Positions 50,800 to 63,471 of a stretch of 64,000 nucleotides of DNA are shown here, piece by piece; the stretch's first letter is position 1, and each line of letters begins with the position of its first letter. The DNA is taken from NCBI RefSeq assembly GCF_006345805.1, contig NC_043003.1:2976001-3040000 (forward strand), given 5' to 3'. Under the pieces are notes generated by a model. The model had not been told where the DNA came from and searched no databases. It saw nothing but the letters and a program-made list of their open reading frames with translations. Both the position numbers and the translations under genes were made by a program. This DNA comes from Octopus sinensis. Its lineage: Eukaryota.

Positions 50800-52151
50800 G
50801 TAAGTTCCACTGAGATTTCTTCTTTTGCAAATGAATCTCTTATAACAAAGCTTAATCAGATTCTCTCATGGATATCGTAAGTCTTCACACATCTTCTTGT
50901 GACATAATACAATTCACATATAACACAGTTTATCTGACACTTCCTCATATCATTCTTTTACAAAACATTTTATTTGTCCACAAAATTGAATAAAATATTG
51001 AAGGAGTGAAATTTTCCCAGAATACATTTTGTTGGACAGTGAGAAGACATTTCTTTTAAAATCTGATTTATTGTGTTATGCAGGGGTTTTTTTTTTCTAA
51101 TTGTCATATTTATGATCTGAATCTAACTTAATGTTTCTAGTTTTAGTTAATTTACCTTCTCTTAGTGTAATTAACTTTGTTACTCGTATCTAATCCCAAA
51201 CTAGTTGTCGTATCACAGATGGCTTTGGCACATTCTTTTCCCCTCTTATCAATAATTTCAATCATCTATACACACAGAAGAGATGGTGTATGTATGTATG
51301 TATGTGTGTGAGTGTGTGTATGTGTAAATATATGTGTATATATATATATATATATATTTAATACAAATAAGAAAATGGAGAAACGAATTTAGTTTGTTCA
51401 TCAACTTACGGATATTATAATCCAACATTATAATATCCGAAAGTTGATGAACAAACTAAATTCGTTTCTCCATTTTCTTATTTGTATTATAAATTTACGG
51501 TAAAAATATTTCTTTACCTTCACCTGTTTAATACAATAAATGAGTTAATTGCATTGCAATTAAAAACATTTATGTATTAAGAATCTGGGTACTGTACCAA
51601 CAGTGTATTGGATAAATATTGTTCCTTAGTGGGTTACATCCATAACTCCTAACTTACTTTGTACATATATATATATAATCTTCATTGGTTAACGTCTGCT
51701 TTCCATGCTGGTATGGGCTGGACAGCTTGACTGGGGACTGGCAAGCCAGAAGGCTGCACCAGGCTCCAATCTGATCTGGCAGTGTTTCTACAACTGGATG
51801 CCCTTCCTTATGCCAACCACTCTGAGAGTGTAGTGGGTGCTTTTTACGTGCTGCTGGCATGAGGGTCAGTCAGGCGGTACTGGCATTGACCACTCTTGAA
51901 TGGTGCTTTTTACATGCCACTGGCACAGGAGCCAGTCAGGTGGCACTGGCATCAGCCACGGTTGTTATATTTACTCTGTCTGTTCCTTACATGGATTGTC
52001 TTGTTTCTCTGATATTTCTTATTCATAAATCTTTGTTAATATATTTGATAGCATAATATAAAATTTAAAATGCTAGTTTTAATTGTTTAATTAGTTTAAA
52101 CATTTACATTTTTTTAAATTTATAATTTTTCATTTTTGACATTATTTTTAG

Positions 52152-52208
52152 GGTGGCCATGTGCTAACTCCTTTGCCTGGGGCAACTCCTACAAAGCCAG
52201 GATCCGCT
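52152..52208 (+). CDS. ACSS2: ACSS exon (57 nt, phase 0 to 0): GGHVLTPLPGATPTKPGSA
   Basis: attatttttag|GGT...TCCGCT|gtaagt. Confidence 0.95.
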
Positions 52209-53471
52209 GTAAGTAAAATTTCCTTCAGGAAAATATATAATTGTTTTCTAGCAAAGCCTTTTTATATAAAAATGTTTCCTTTATTTTTGCTGCAAATTAA
52301 ATTTTCAGAAAATTTTCTCTTTCATCATCATCATCATCATCATCATCGTTTAACGTCCGCTTTCCATGCTAGCATGGGTTGGACGATTTTGACTGAGGGC
52401 TGGCAAGCCAGATGGCTGCACCAGGCTCCAATCTGAGCTGGCAGAGTTTCTACAGCTGGATGCCTTTCCTAACGCCAACCACTCCGAGAGTGTAGTGGGT
52501 GCTTTTGTGTGCCACCTGCACGGGGGCCAGTCAGGCGGTACTGGCAACGACCTCGCTCGAATTTTTCTCTTTTTTTACACATGCCAACAGCATAGGTGCC
52601 AGTAAGGCGATGCTGGTAATGATCTCTTTCGTTAATTAAAAAGTTTCCAAGAAAAGCCTCTGGGTTTTTTTTGTTTTTCTTCTTTTATGTAAGTATGATT
52701 ATCAGGACGGGCATCGTGCCATAGAAACAACCAAGCCAAAGCAGGCATTGGATCTTGGTGCAGTCCTCTCGCCTGCTAGCTCTTGTTGGGCCATCCACTT
52801 GATTACATAGTCTTGCTCCATTTTCCAGTCTGAATTTCAGGTTAAAGGATGAAGGAGCGATTAGTTATAAGGAGAAACACAAACGTGAGATATAGAAGAA
52901 AATATAATCAGGTTTCCAGAAAAATATAGAATGGAATAACTTCATTCTCTTATTGATTAAGTTAATTGCATTGGCAGAAGTATATTTTGCTAGAAGGAAA
53001 AAAAACCATTTGAAATCTTGAGGTATGTCGAGATTATTTTAGCTAAACTTTATATTTCATACTGTGCCATGTAAAAAAAAAACACCTGTGCTGATGCCAC
53101 ATGAAAAGCACTCAAATACACTGAAAAGGGTTTGGTGTTAGGAAGGGCTTGTAGCCATAGAAACCATGCCAAAACAGACAGTTGGAGTTTGGTGCAACTC
53201 TCTGGTTTGCCAGTTCCTGTCAAACCATCAAACCCATGCCAGCATGGAAAATGGACCCTAAATGGTGGAAGTAGCAGTGGTTGCAGTGTCTACTCTTGTT
53301 GTTCTTTAAACTAAATAGAAGTCTTTGAAATAACTCAATTCCCTCTGTTTAAGTAATTGTGTCTGTCATCAGTTGTGAGAATAAATGCTGTTACAGTTTT
53401 TCTTCATAAACCCTGTAGCCATATATATATATATATATATATATCATCTTCAAATGTATTTCTCATTCCAG

Positions 53472-53555
53472 ACTTTCCCATTCTTTGGAATTCGTCCTGC
53501 AATTTTAACTGCTGAGGGGAAGGAAGTAAAAGGACCAGTTGAAGAAGGCTATTTA
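53472..53555 (+). CDS. ACSS2: ACSS exon (84 nt, phase 0 to 0): TFPFFGIRPAILTAEGKEVKGPVEEGYL
   Basis: tctcattccag|ACT...TATTTA|gtaagg; ORF 53385..53675. Confidence 0.95.
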
Positions 53556-54707
53556 GTAAGGAAATGGTTCCCAGATTTCAACTTCCGTTTTTGCTGCTGT
53601 TGTTGTTGTTGTTGTTGTTATGGTGATGGTGCAAGAATACAAAAAGTGGGAATGTTTTATTTCCATCAGAGTTAGTCGGGAGACCCTAAAGGAAGAGGGT
53701 TCCAAACTACGGCTGGACTTCATTCAGTTTTACTTTTCCATCAAAATCATTAACAAATGTTAATACAAACATTTTTCCATAAAAATTTTCCTTCATTTCA
53801 CTTTCAAACTGAAGAATCCAGCAAATTAAGAGTTCCAAGAAATTATCTTTTCTTTTAACTTTACTTGTTTCAGTCATTAGACTGTGGCCATGCTGGGGCA
53901 TCACCTTGAAGAATGTTTTTGCCAACCCCAATGCTTCTTTCTTTTTTTTTTTTTAAAGCCTGGTGTGTATTCTGTCAGCCTCTTTGGCCAAACTACTACG
54001 TTAAAGGGGTGTAAACACACCAACATCTGATCTGAAGTGGTGGTGGGACACACACACACACACACATTCATTCACACTAAACATTCGAAGGGCTTCTTTC
54101 AGTTTCCCTCTACCAAATCCACTCACAAGGCTTTGGTCGACTCAAAACTATAGTAGAAGACACTTGCCCAAGGTGCCACGCAGTGAGACTGAACCTGGAA
54201 CCATGTGGTTGGGAAGTGAACTTCTTACCATGCAGCCACGCTGATGTCTATTCTGATAAAGCATTCCTCTTTTAACCATCATGTGGATGATATTTGATGA
54301 GTGTGAGTCTCGCTCGTCTCTCGTCTCACAATTCAGGAGAATTCTTTTGCTTCTTCTTAACTTTTTAAAACTTGTATTAAGATCTGTTTAATGTGGAACT
54401 GTTTGACCCCTTGGCATTTAAACCAGCCGTGTCTGGCTTGAATATTCTATGCGTTTTATGTGCAAATTGGTCAGTTCAGGCCTCTCATACCTACCCTACA
54501 ATATCACCCCAAAATTAATCACATCATCAAAATCTCGAAGCTGTGAGATTAATTGACAACAATATGGATTAGATTCGAATTAGATTCGACAAAGGAATCT
54601 GAATGCTAAAATGTTAAACGTTGAATTAAGATTAGATGAGTGTTTGTGGAAAAGTGTGATTGAACACCATTGTAATGAGAAATGATAATTATTCTTTAAT
54701 TAATTAG

Positions 54708-54816
54708 GTTTTCAAACAACCATGGCCTGGTATGATGAGAACAGTTTATGGCAACCACGAAAGGTTTGAAACGACATATTTCAAGAAGTTTCCCGGATAT
54801 TATTGCACAGGAGACG
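54708..54816 (+). CDS. ACSS2: ACSS exon (phase 0 to 1): [36 protein letters not shown](G)
   Basis: taattaattag|GTT...GACG|gtaaat; PWPG.MRT and TGD motifs. Confidence 0.96.
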
Positions 54817-55100
54817 GTAAATATGAATTTATATAAACTCACTTCTTTTCTCTTTGTTGAGGATTTGCACTTGTTGTTGCGGGGGGAATGAAATGTCACT
54901 TTGATATTGGTAATTAGGTTGGGGAGGCACTAATAATGGAATTATTATAGTCAATTAGAATCAGTTCTGAGATGAATTTATTCAGTTTCTACAGAATGTG
55001 GGGTTAGGTCTTGTATATTTTAGTATTAGTAAGGGCACCCGCATGTAGAAGCCATGCCATACAGACACTGGAGCACGATGTGGTCCTTGGGCCCATCAGA

Positions 55101-55500
55101 TCCTTTTCTACTCTAAGCACAAGGCCCGATATTTTAGGGGACAGGGGCCAGTCGATTAAATCAACTCCAGTATGCAACTGGTACTTAATTGATCAACCCT
55201 GAAAGGATGAATGGCAAAGTCGACCTTGGCAGAATTTGAACTCAGAACGTAAAGACAGACGAAATACCTATTACTTTACTAACCACAAGGGGCTAAACAC
55301 AGAAGGGACAAACAAGGACAGACAAACAGATTAAGTTGATTACATCAACTCCAGTGCGTAACTGGTACTTAATTTATCGACCCCGAAAGGATGAAAGGCA
55401 AAGTCAACCTTGGCAGAATTTGAACTCAGAACGTAAAGACAGACGAAATACGGCTACGCATTTCGCCTGGCATGCTAACGTTTCTGCCAGCTTTCTGCCT
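55101..55500 (-). mobile_element. Dimeric SINE family B with a single ~18-nt target duplication
   Basis: Same dimer junction as 26289-26690; flanked by ttgggccc(a/g)tcagatcct at 55087-55104 and 55500-55517. Confidence 0.85.
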
Positions 55501-55664
55501 TGGGCCCGTCAGATCCTGACAAACTGTCCGACCCATGCCAGCATGGAATATGGAAATTAAATGATGGTGATGAGGCTGATGTTCATTTACACTCATCACA
55601 TGATGTCAATGTAAGGGTACCCATGGATGCACACACACACACACACATGCATATATATATATAT

Positions 55665-56603
55665 CATCATCATCATCATCATCGTTTAGCGTCCGTTTTC
55701 CATGCTAGCATGGGTTGGACGGTTCTACTGGGGTCTGTGAAGCCAGAAGGCTTCATCAGGCCCAGTCAAATCTGGCAGTGTTTCTACGGCTGGATGCCCT
55801 TCCTAACGCCAACCACTCCGAGAGTGTAGTGGGTCCTTTTTACGTGCCACCCGCATAGGTGCCAGACAGAGCTGGCAAACGGCCACGAACGGATGGTGCT
55901 TTTTATGTGCCACCGGCACGAGGGCCAGGCGAGACTGGCAACGGACACGAAACGGGGCGGTGCTAGCAACGGTCGCGAAACGGAAGGTTCTCTTACATGC
56001 CACTGGCACTGGTAACACATCTGCAATTTCCATTGATCGATTTCGATTCTGATCCTCACTTGCCTCAGGTCTTCACAAGTAGAGTTTTGTGTCCCAAGAA
56101 GGGAAGGTATGCATGAGTAGGCTGGCTCCATCCCATGTAGAAGGCCACGGGTTATGGACTCACTTGTCCTGCCGGGTCTTCTCGCGCACAGCACACTTCC
56201 AGAGGACTCGGTCTCTTGTCATTTCCTCAGTGAGACCTAAAGTTCGAAGGTCGTGCTTCACCACCTCCTCCCAGGTTTTCCTGGGTCTGCCTCTTCCACA
56301 GGTTCCCTCAACCGCTAGGGTGTGGCACTTTTTTACACAACTATCTTCATCCATTCTCGCCACATGACCATAGCAGCGCAAATGTCTCTCTTGCACACCA
56401 CAACTGATGCTTCTTAGGTCCAGCTTTTCTCTCAAGGTACTTACACTCTGCCGAGTATGAGTACTGACATTACACATCCATCGGAGCATACTGGCTTCAT
56501 TTCTTGCGAGCTTACGCATATCCTCAGCAGTCACGGCCCATGTTTCACTGCCATGTAGCATGGCTGTTCGTACACACGCATCATACAGTCTGCCTTTCAC
56601 TCT
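55665..56603 (-). mobile_element. Young RTE LINE 3' end (ORF terminus plus complete 3' UTR)
   Basis: Uninterrupted ORF 56160..56600 (KGRLYDACVR...RGRPRKTWEEVV...EKTRQDK*) runs into the abundant (GAT)n-tailed repeat, identifying that repeat as the RTE 3' UTR. Confidence 0.92.
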
Positions 56604-56620
56604 GTGCGGAATTTGAACTC

Positions 56621-56654
<34 letters not shown>

Positions 56655-56902
56655 GTATATAATGGGCTTCTTTCAGTTTCTGTCTACCAAATCCACTTGC
56701 AAGGCTTTGGTTGACCTGGGACCATAGTAGAAAGCACTGTGGGACTGAATCCAGTACCACATGAGTGGAGAGCAAGCTTCTTACCCACCCAGCCACGCCT
56801 GTCCATCAATGTTTCGAAAGTTCATCTCTGTTTGTCAACCTCCTTCCATAACCTTGAATTCATTTTCCACTTTGTGATTTATTTTTTCCCTTTTTGTTTC
56901 AG

Positions 56903-57102
56903 GTGCTCGTCGTGATGAAGACGATTACATCTGGATTACTGGTCGAATTGATGACATGGTCAATGTCTCTGGGCATTTGATAAGCACTGCAGAAGTGGAG
57001 GCTGCCATTGCCGAACACAGTGCTGTCGCCGAGGCGGCCGTTGTGTCTCATCCTCATTCTGTGAAGGGTGAATGTACCTACGGCTTTGTCATACTCAATG
57101 AT
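56903..57102 (+). CDS. ACSS2: ACSS exon (phase 1 to 0): [66 protein letters not shown]
   Basis: tttttgtttcag|GTGCT...AATGAT|gtaagt; ORF 56956..57264. Confidence 0.97.
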
Positions 57103-57132
57103 GTAAGTAGCGGACATTCTGCACAAGAACAC

Positions 57133-57163
<31 letters not shown>

Positions 57164-57905
57164 GTTGGTTCAGTGTCCGTCTTTCCATGTTTCCATGGAT
57201 CAGACAGAATTTTGCTGAGGCAGAAGGTCAATGTCAGATCATCCTGTCACCTGTCTCCGAGTAAGGCCATATTTTCCCATCACTAGACACATTTTTACAG
57301 AAGACTGGAAACATGGGACACTGCTTGCATGATGGTGGCACTTGTTTACAATTCTCACATATCAAGGCATTCACACACACACACATATGCATACTTACAT
57401 GCAAACACAAATACATAACAGGCTTCCACACAGTTTTCTGCCTACCAAATTCATTCACAAGGCATCGGTTGACCCTGGGCTATAAAAGAAAAGACACTTG
57501 CCTAAGGTGCTGCACAGTGAGACTGAACCTAAAACCACTTGGTTCGAAAGCAAGTTTCTTCATCACTCGGTCGTGTTTAGTCTTTCATATTTTCCATTGT
57601 CAGTTTTGCTCTAATTAACGATGGATTCTGTGTTCCTTCTCATTACTTTCATTTTGATGACTCAACTGAGACCTTTGGCAACATACTCTGCTTGAGAAAA
57701 TTCGTCAAGCTAAGTGAAATCACAGTTGTGGCCATTGCTGGTGTCACGCAAATGGCACCCGTGTTGGTGGCACATAAAAAGCACCCATTACACTATCAGA
57801 GTGGTTGGCATTAGGAAGGGTATCCAGCCATAGAAAACCATGCCAAAGCAGACTGGAACCCAGTGCAATCCTCTGGCTTACCAGTTCCAGTCAAACCTTC
57901 TAATC

Positions 57906-58488
57906 CGGAGGTCCCCAAACATTTTAGACAATTGACCCCTTCATGGAATCCTTGACCCCCCCCCCCCCAGGCATACTCTCTCTTTACTCTTTTACTTGTT
58001 TCAGTCATTTGATTGCGGCCATGCTGGAGCACCGCCTTTTAGTCGAGCAAATCGACCCCGGGACTTATTCTTTGTAAGCCCAGTACTTATTCTATCGGTC
58101 TCTTTTGCTGAGCCGTTAAGTGACGGGGACGTAAACACACCAGCATCGGTTGTCAAGCAATGCCTGGGGGACAAACACAAACACACACACACACATACAT
58201 ATATACATATATACGACAGGCTTCTTTCAGTTTCCGTCTACCAAATCCACTCACAAGGCATTGGTCGGCCCGGGGCTATAGCAGAAGACACTTGCCCAAG
58301 ATGCCACGCAGTGGGACTGAACCCGGAACCATGTGGTTGGTTAGCAAGCTACTTACCTCACAGCCACTCCTGCGCCATGTACAAGAAAATAAATAAATAA
58401 TAATACTTAAGTAGATGTGCATTTATCGACCCCTTGAATAGTCTCATCAACCCCCAGGGGTTGATATCGACCACTTTAGAGACCCCTG
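57906..58488. mobile_element. hAT-like MITE interrupted by a SINE
   Basis: Imperfect termini cggaggtcccca / ttagagacccctg; 8-bp flanks ttctaatc / atctaagc (6/8 match). Confidence 0.55.
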
Positions 58489-59560
58489 ATCTAAGCCATG
58501 CCAGCATGGAATGCAGACGTTAAATGATGATGATGATGAGGATGTTTTATTTTTCTTCCTCTTGTAATTAGTTCGTTATTTTTCTGTGTGCTTAACGATC
58601 ATCTCTTAATACAAGAAACATTCTCCTCCTTTCCTCGGAACCCTTTCTGTCCCCTTAACATCAGCTTTGATCACAGTGAAGACATCGGAATGAATCCCAC
58701 CTGTGTTCATTCGAGTCTTCTTCTCTGCTTTATTGCAGCTTCAGCCTCTGTTGATGGAATCAATTAAACCATTTTCTTTTTCTTATGAACGTGAGCCCTA
58801 CAGCAGTTCCCTTCCAAGGATTGTAGCTTTTCCCATCTTATCTTTATTTAGATTCTGATTGAAACATAATAAATGAGGTTACTATTTTATACAGCAAGAT
58901 GCCTTCTCCTGTCCCTTTAATCTCTCGTTAAATGGCACAGCTGAGGGAGTTTTTGTCTTGCAGGTTACATGGTAATCCTGTTGGTGCTGGTGCCACATAA
59001 ACAGCACTGGTGCTGATGTCATGTAAAAAGCACCCAGTGCACTCTGTAAAATGGTTGGCATTAGGAAGGGATCCAACCACAGGAACCATGCCAATACAGA
59101 CAATGGAGCCTGGTTTATTCCTTGGCCCTGCCAGCTCCTATGAAACCATCCAATCCATGCCAGCATGGAAAACGGATGTTAGAGAGTGATGATAGTATAC
59201 ATGGCCATAATATACAGGTAGTGAGCTGGCAGAAATGTTAGCACGCCAGGTGAAATGCTCAACGCTATTTCATCTGTTTATACATTCTGACTTCAAATTC
59301 CAGCAAGGTTGACTTTGCCTTTCATCCTTTCAGGGTTGATAAATTAAGTACCAGTTGCGTACTGGGGTAGATCTAATCAACTGGCCCCCTCCCTCAAAAT
59401 TTCGGGCTTTGTGCCTAGAGAAGAAAAGAACATACATGAACCATTTCACAAATGATTTTAATTCTGTCATTCTTCAACATGGGAATTATGGGTAGAATTT
59501 CTTTGATTTTCTGAGATTTCAATTTGATTTGATTTGATGACTTTTCAATTCGTTTTCCAG

Positions 59561-59606
59561 GGATTTGAACTGACCGATAAATTGATCACCGAACTGAAAT
59601 GCAAAG
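59561..59606 (+). CDS. ACSS2: ACSS exon (46 nt, phase 0 to 1): GFELTDKLITELKCK(V)
   Basis: cgttttccag|GGA...AAAG|gtaatt; phases bridge the two flanking exons exactly. Confidence 0.88.
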
Positions 59607-60437
59607 GTAATTAACGACAATGCTTTCCTAACGTATTCACGTCGTTAGTCTAAATACATATGTATGCACACGCACACACACATGCACGCATGCACACACA
59701 CACGCACGCTAGTGCTCCATTGGTTATGACGCCGAGGATTCCAGTTGATCCGATTAATGGAACAGCCTGCTCGTGAAACTGATGTGCAAATGGCTGAGTA
59801 CTCCACAGACGCCTGTGTTCCCTTAACATACTTCTATGGGAGGTTCAGTGTGACAGAGTGTCAGAAGACTGACCCCCTTTGAATTACTGGTACGACTCAC
59901 TTTGCTGGATGAGTGGACTGATGGAACTTGAGAATAAAGTGTCTTGCTGAAGGGCACAATGCACCACCAGGAATTGAACTCCCAACCTTACAATCTTGAG
60001 CCGAATGTCTTAACCATTTAGCCACGTACCTTCACTTGCTTGTTTTTGTTTTTTTATATCAGTAGACAGGCACAGGTAAGGTTTTGGATGTGGACGGGGG
60101 TTTTGTGTGTGTGTGTGTGAAAGAGAGAGAGAGTCTGTGTGGGCAGGTGAGAGAGAGAGAGAGAGAGAGAGAGACTGTGTGTGAGATAGAGAGAGACTGT
60201 GTGTGTGTGAAATGTGGTGAGGTTTGAGACCGATAGAGTAAGTGCCAGGTTTAAAAAGCAAAATGTACTGGGGTCAGTTTGTTCAACTAAAATTCTTTGA
60301 GGCAGTGCCCCAGCATGGCCACAGTCTAACATCTGAAACAAATAAAAGATAGAAAGCCATCAATCTAATAACATTGTTGAATCTTCTTACGTTTCACCAG
60401 TCAAAGGCAGCGATCTGATAGAATCGTTGGTGAGTGA

Positions 60438-61430
60438 GGCGGTGAGCTGGCAGAACGGTTAGCACACCAGGTGAAATGCTTAGCAGCATTCCGTCTGCCA
60501 TTACATTCTGAGTTCAAATTCTGCCAAGGTCAACTTTGCTGGTCATCCTTTCAGGGTCGATAAATTAAGTACCAGTTGCATACTGGAGTTGATCTACTCA
60601 ACTTTTCCCCAACTCCCTGAAAATTTCAGGCTTTGTGCCTCGAGTAGAAAAGAATATTTAAATGGAAGAAGGTGGCAAGCTGGCAGAAACGTTAGCATGA
60701 CGGGCGAAATGCTTAGCGGTATTTTGTCTGCCTCTATGTTCTGAGTTCAAATTCCACCAAGGTTGACTTTGCCTTTCATCCTTTCAGGGTCGATTAAATA
60801 AGTACCAGTTACGCACTGGGGTTGATATAATCGATTTAATCCGTCTGTCTGTCCTTGTTTGTCCTTTCTGTGTTTAGCCCCTTATGGGTAGTAAAGAAAT
60901 AAGTATTTTGTCTGCTGTTACATTCTGAGTTCAAATTCTGCCGAGGTCAGCTTTGCCTTTCATCCTTTCGGGGTTGATTAAATAAGTACCAGTTACACAC
61001 TGGGGTCAATATAATCGACTTAATCCGTCTGTCTGTCCTTGTTTGTCCTTTCTGTGTTTAGCCCCTTATGGGTACTAAAGAAATAAGTATTTTGTCTGCT
61101 GTTACATTCTGAGTTCAAATTCTGCCGAGGTCGACTTTGCCTTTCATCCTTTCAGGGTCGATAAATTAAGTACCAGTTGCGTACTGGGGTCGATCTACTC
61201 AACTTTCCCTCACTCCCCCAAAATTTTGAGCCTTGTACCTAGAGTAGAAAAGAATTGTTGGTGAGTGGAACAAAATGCTCGGAGGTTCTTCTGGCTTTTT
61301 GACTTTCATCCTTTTTTGGGGGGGGGACCAATAAAATACGTACCAGTTGAGCACTGGGGTTGACAAAATTGACTTAACCCTTCCCACTAGGATTGCTGGC
61401 CTTGTATCAAAATTAGGAAGAATATTCTGT
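60438..61430 (+). mobile_element. Tandem cluster of family-B SINE units, including two near-identical ~185-bp units
   Basis: Repeated aagtattttgtctgctgttacattctgagttc junctions at about 60901 and 61085. Confidence 0.85.
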
Positions 61431-61583
61431 TCCATGTGTCATAACTTTACACTTCCTACTTTTGCTTCTTCTCCCTAAAACCTTAGGAATTACAGAACTA
61501 CAAAAATGTCTTTTGTTTTGTTCGTTAAAAATTACATGACCAGGATATAATTTGTATATTCTTGTCTTCAATTTTATTTTCAG

Positions 61584-61789
61584 TTCGTACCAAAATAGGA
61601 CCGTTTGCCCAACCAGATTATATCCAATATGCTCCTGGCTTGCCTAAAACTCGATCTGGAAAGATTATGCGGAGAATTCTTCGTAAAATTGCTGTTGGAG
61701 ACACAGATTTTGGTGATATAAGTACTCTTGCTGATGAATCTGTCTTAGGATTGATTTTGAAGCATAGACCCCAAACTATAAAAGCCTGA
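61584..61789 (+). CDS. ACSS2: ACSS last coding exon: [34 protein letters not shown]...RPQTIKA*
   Basis: ttttattttcag|TTCGT...GCCTGA; PKTRSGK motif with the catalytic/acetylated Lys; ORF 61562..61789. Confidence 0.97.
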
Positions 61790-63471
61790 AAATATTGAAG
61801 AACTTTTCACCTTACATGTTCTTTGGAAATTTCAAGTGAAATTGAAAACTTTGGACCAATTCTAGAAATTGTTGTTATTTTTTTTTTTCTTTTTGATAAT
61901 CATAGTACATATCGTTATTCTAATCATAGTTGGTATTTCAGATTTAATTGTTTTGTAATATGTAAGACTAATGAATGAATTTGTTCTCTGAGTGAAATAT
62001 TTCAACTTATGAAAAAAAAAACTGTTCTTTTTGATAAGATTAGATTGCTAGAATTTGGTACTTTGAAGGATTCTAAAAAAAAATGTTTACTGTATTAGGA
62101 ATTTGTTCAAGTGAAATGTTTGCAACAAGATCAGTGTGCATTACAATCCATACTCTCTTCAGACGCATCACAACAATCAAATATTGTATTTGTTTGTTTA
62201 ATTTACTCTCTCTCTCTCAACCACTTTGTAAATTATTGGTTTGTTTATGGCCAGAAAGGAACTTCCACTAGAAATAAGGTTTCTATTTATCAATGATGAT
62301 GAATTGGTCACTATTGTGCTTCTTTTTTTTTCTTCTTTAAATTAACTTTTGGAAAGGAGAAAATGAGAATAGTGTGTTCTGGTAAAAAATCACGTCTCTG
62401 ATGAAAATGCTGATGAATTGTGTTGGCAAAAAAATTCATCCACAGAAGAGTTTGTTGAAGAATTCAGTATGTTTATTTGTCCTGAGGAGTGAAAGAACCT
62501 TAATGTTTTAAGCGCTTGCCCTCCTTCTGAAACAGAAAATATATAGCAGTTGTTACCATGGTTACAAAATGGTGAATGACTCTTTCACTTCTTGTTAAAA
62601 ACTAAACTCTTCTCTGAACTCTCTGAAGGAGATTTTGCAACGGATTTTGCATTTTTTCTTGTAATTTTAATACTTCTGTTTTTTACCGTTTGGCGCTTCG
62701 TTTTGTTAGCATTATTGGCAATAAAAACAAACAAGATTCTGATAAAAAGTTTCCATTACATTGAGATTATTTTGGTTAAGAGAGATGAGAGTTAGTAAGT
62801 CATAGTAAAAATTTGTTGTGTTAAAGAATTTTTGAAGAATTTATTAGCCAGAATCCAAAGGGCCTCATATTTGCTTCATTGTAGTGGAAGTTCTCGATGC
62901 TAAAACTTCTCTGTATTATAATATTGTTTGGTAATCTCAATTCCTAAAGCAATAATTTTCCATAACAGTAATTCATCATTCATGATTTCTTCACAAAAAC
63001 AAAACAACATTCCAATTTTATTTGACTTCCAAAATAATATTATGATACTCATCAATCTTTAGTATTTAATCTTTTAATCATATTCTCAAGTTGTTGTGAA
63101 AACCATTTACAGCATTAAATTTCCTGTGATTCATAAATTCTCTGCAAATATCTGTGGCAGATTAAAATATTCTCTTGATAAAATAGTGAGTTTGATCTCT
63201 TCCTGAAGCAATAAATATTGTCACAAGTGTCTGACTTTTCTAAAAGACTTCTATATATATCCTGGAATATATTTCTGAAATATATATGCATAAAATAGGC
63301 ACTAAACATTCAATTTGATATTGAGTATAAAAGCAATAAATTTTAAACAATGCCTTACACGGATACCATATATTTAGTGCAGTTTCTCAAACAGGAAACC
63401 TGGTATTTTGTTGTATCTGATCAATCATTTTGATTCCAAAAGCAATAAAACAATTTACATGGAAAAATAAA
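61790..63471 (+). promoter_or_regulatory. Probable long 3' UTR with several AATAAA signals (62720, 63210, 63335, 63444, 63466)
   Basis: About 1.7 kb after the stop codon with no recognisable SINE or LINE, unlike the introns; the first SINE begins near 63516. Confidence 0.55.

Larger units (their letters stand above)
5761..61789 (+). other. ACSS2: Acetyl-CoA synthetase gene (ACSS2-like, cytosolic type), 5'-incomplete in this window; 14 coding exons per isoform plus one alternative duplicated exon
   Basis: Exons with canonical AG/GT ends join in frame (1664 nt plus 1 nt from an upstream exon = 555 codons including TGA). Motifs: [55 protein letters not shown] and the basic insert before INW resemble ACSS2 rather than ACSS1. 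The preceding exon was not found in 1-5760. Confidence 0.95.

Noticed and set aside
56956-57264. Poly-His C-terminus of the ORF (also in 52161..52436, 25472..25756)
   Set aside because: It lies past the splice donor and is the (CAT)n tail of an antisense retroelement.
61640-61690. Conserved TRSGK...RRILRK as an AMPK site and NLS of mammalian ACSS2
   Set aside because: This is the universal catalytic motif of Acs enzymes, so its conservation says nothing about that regulation.
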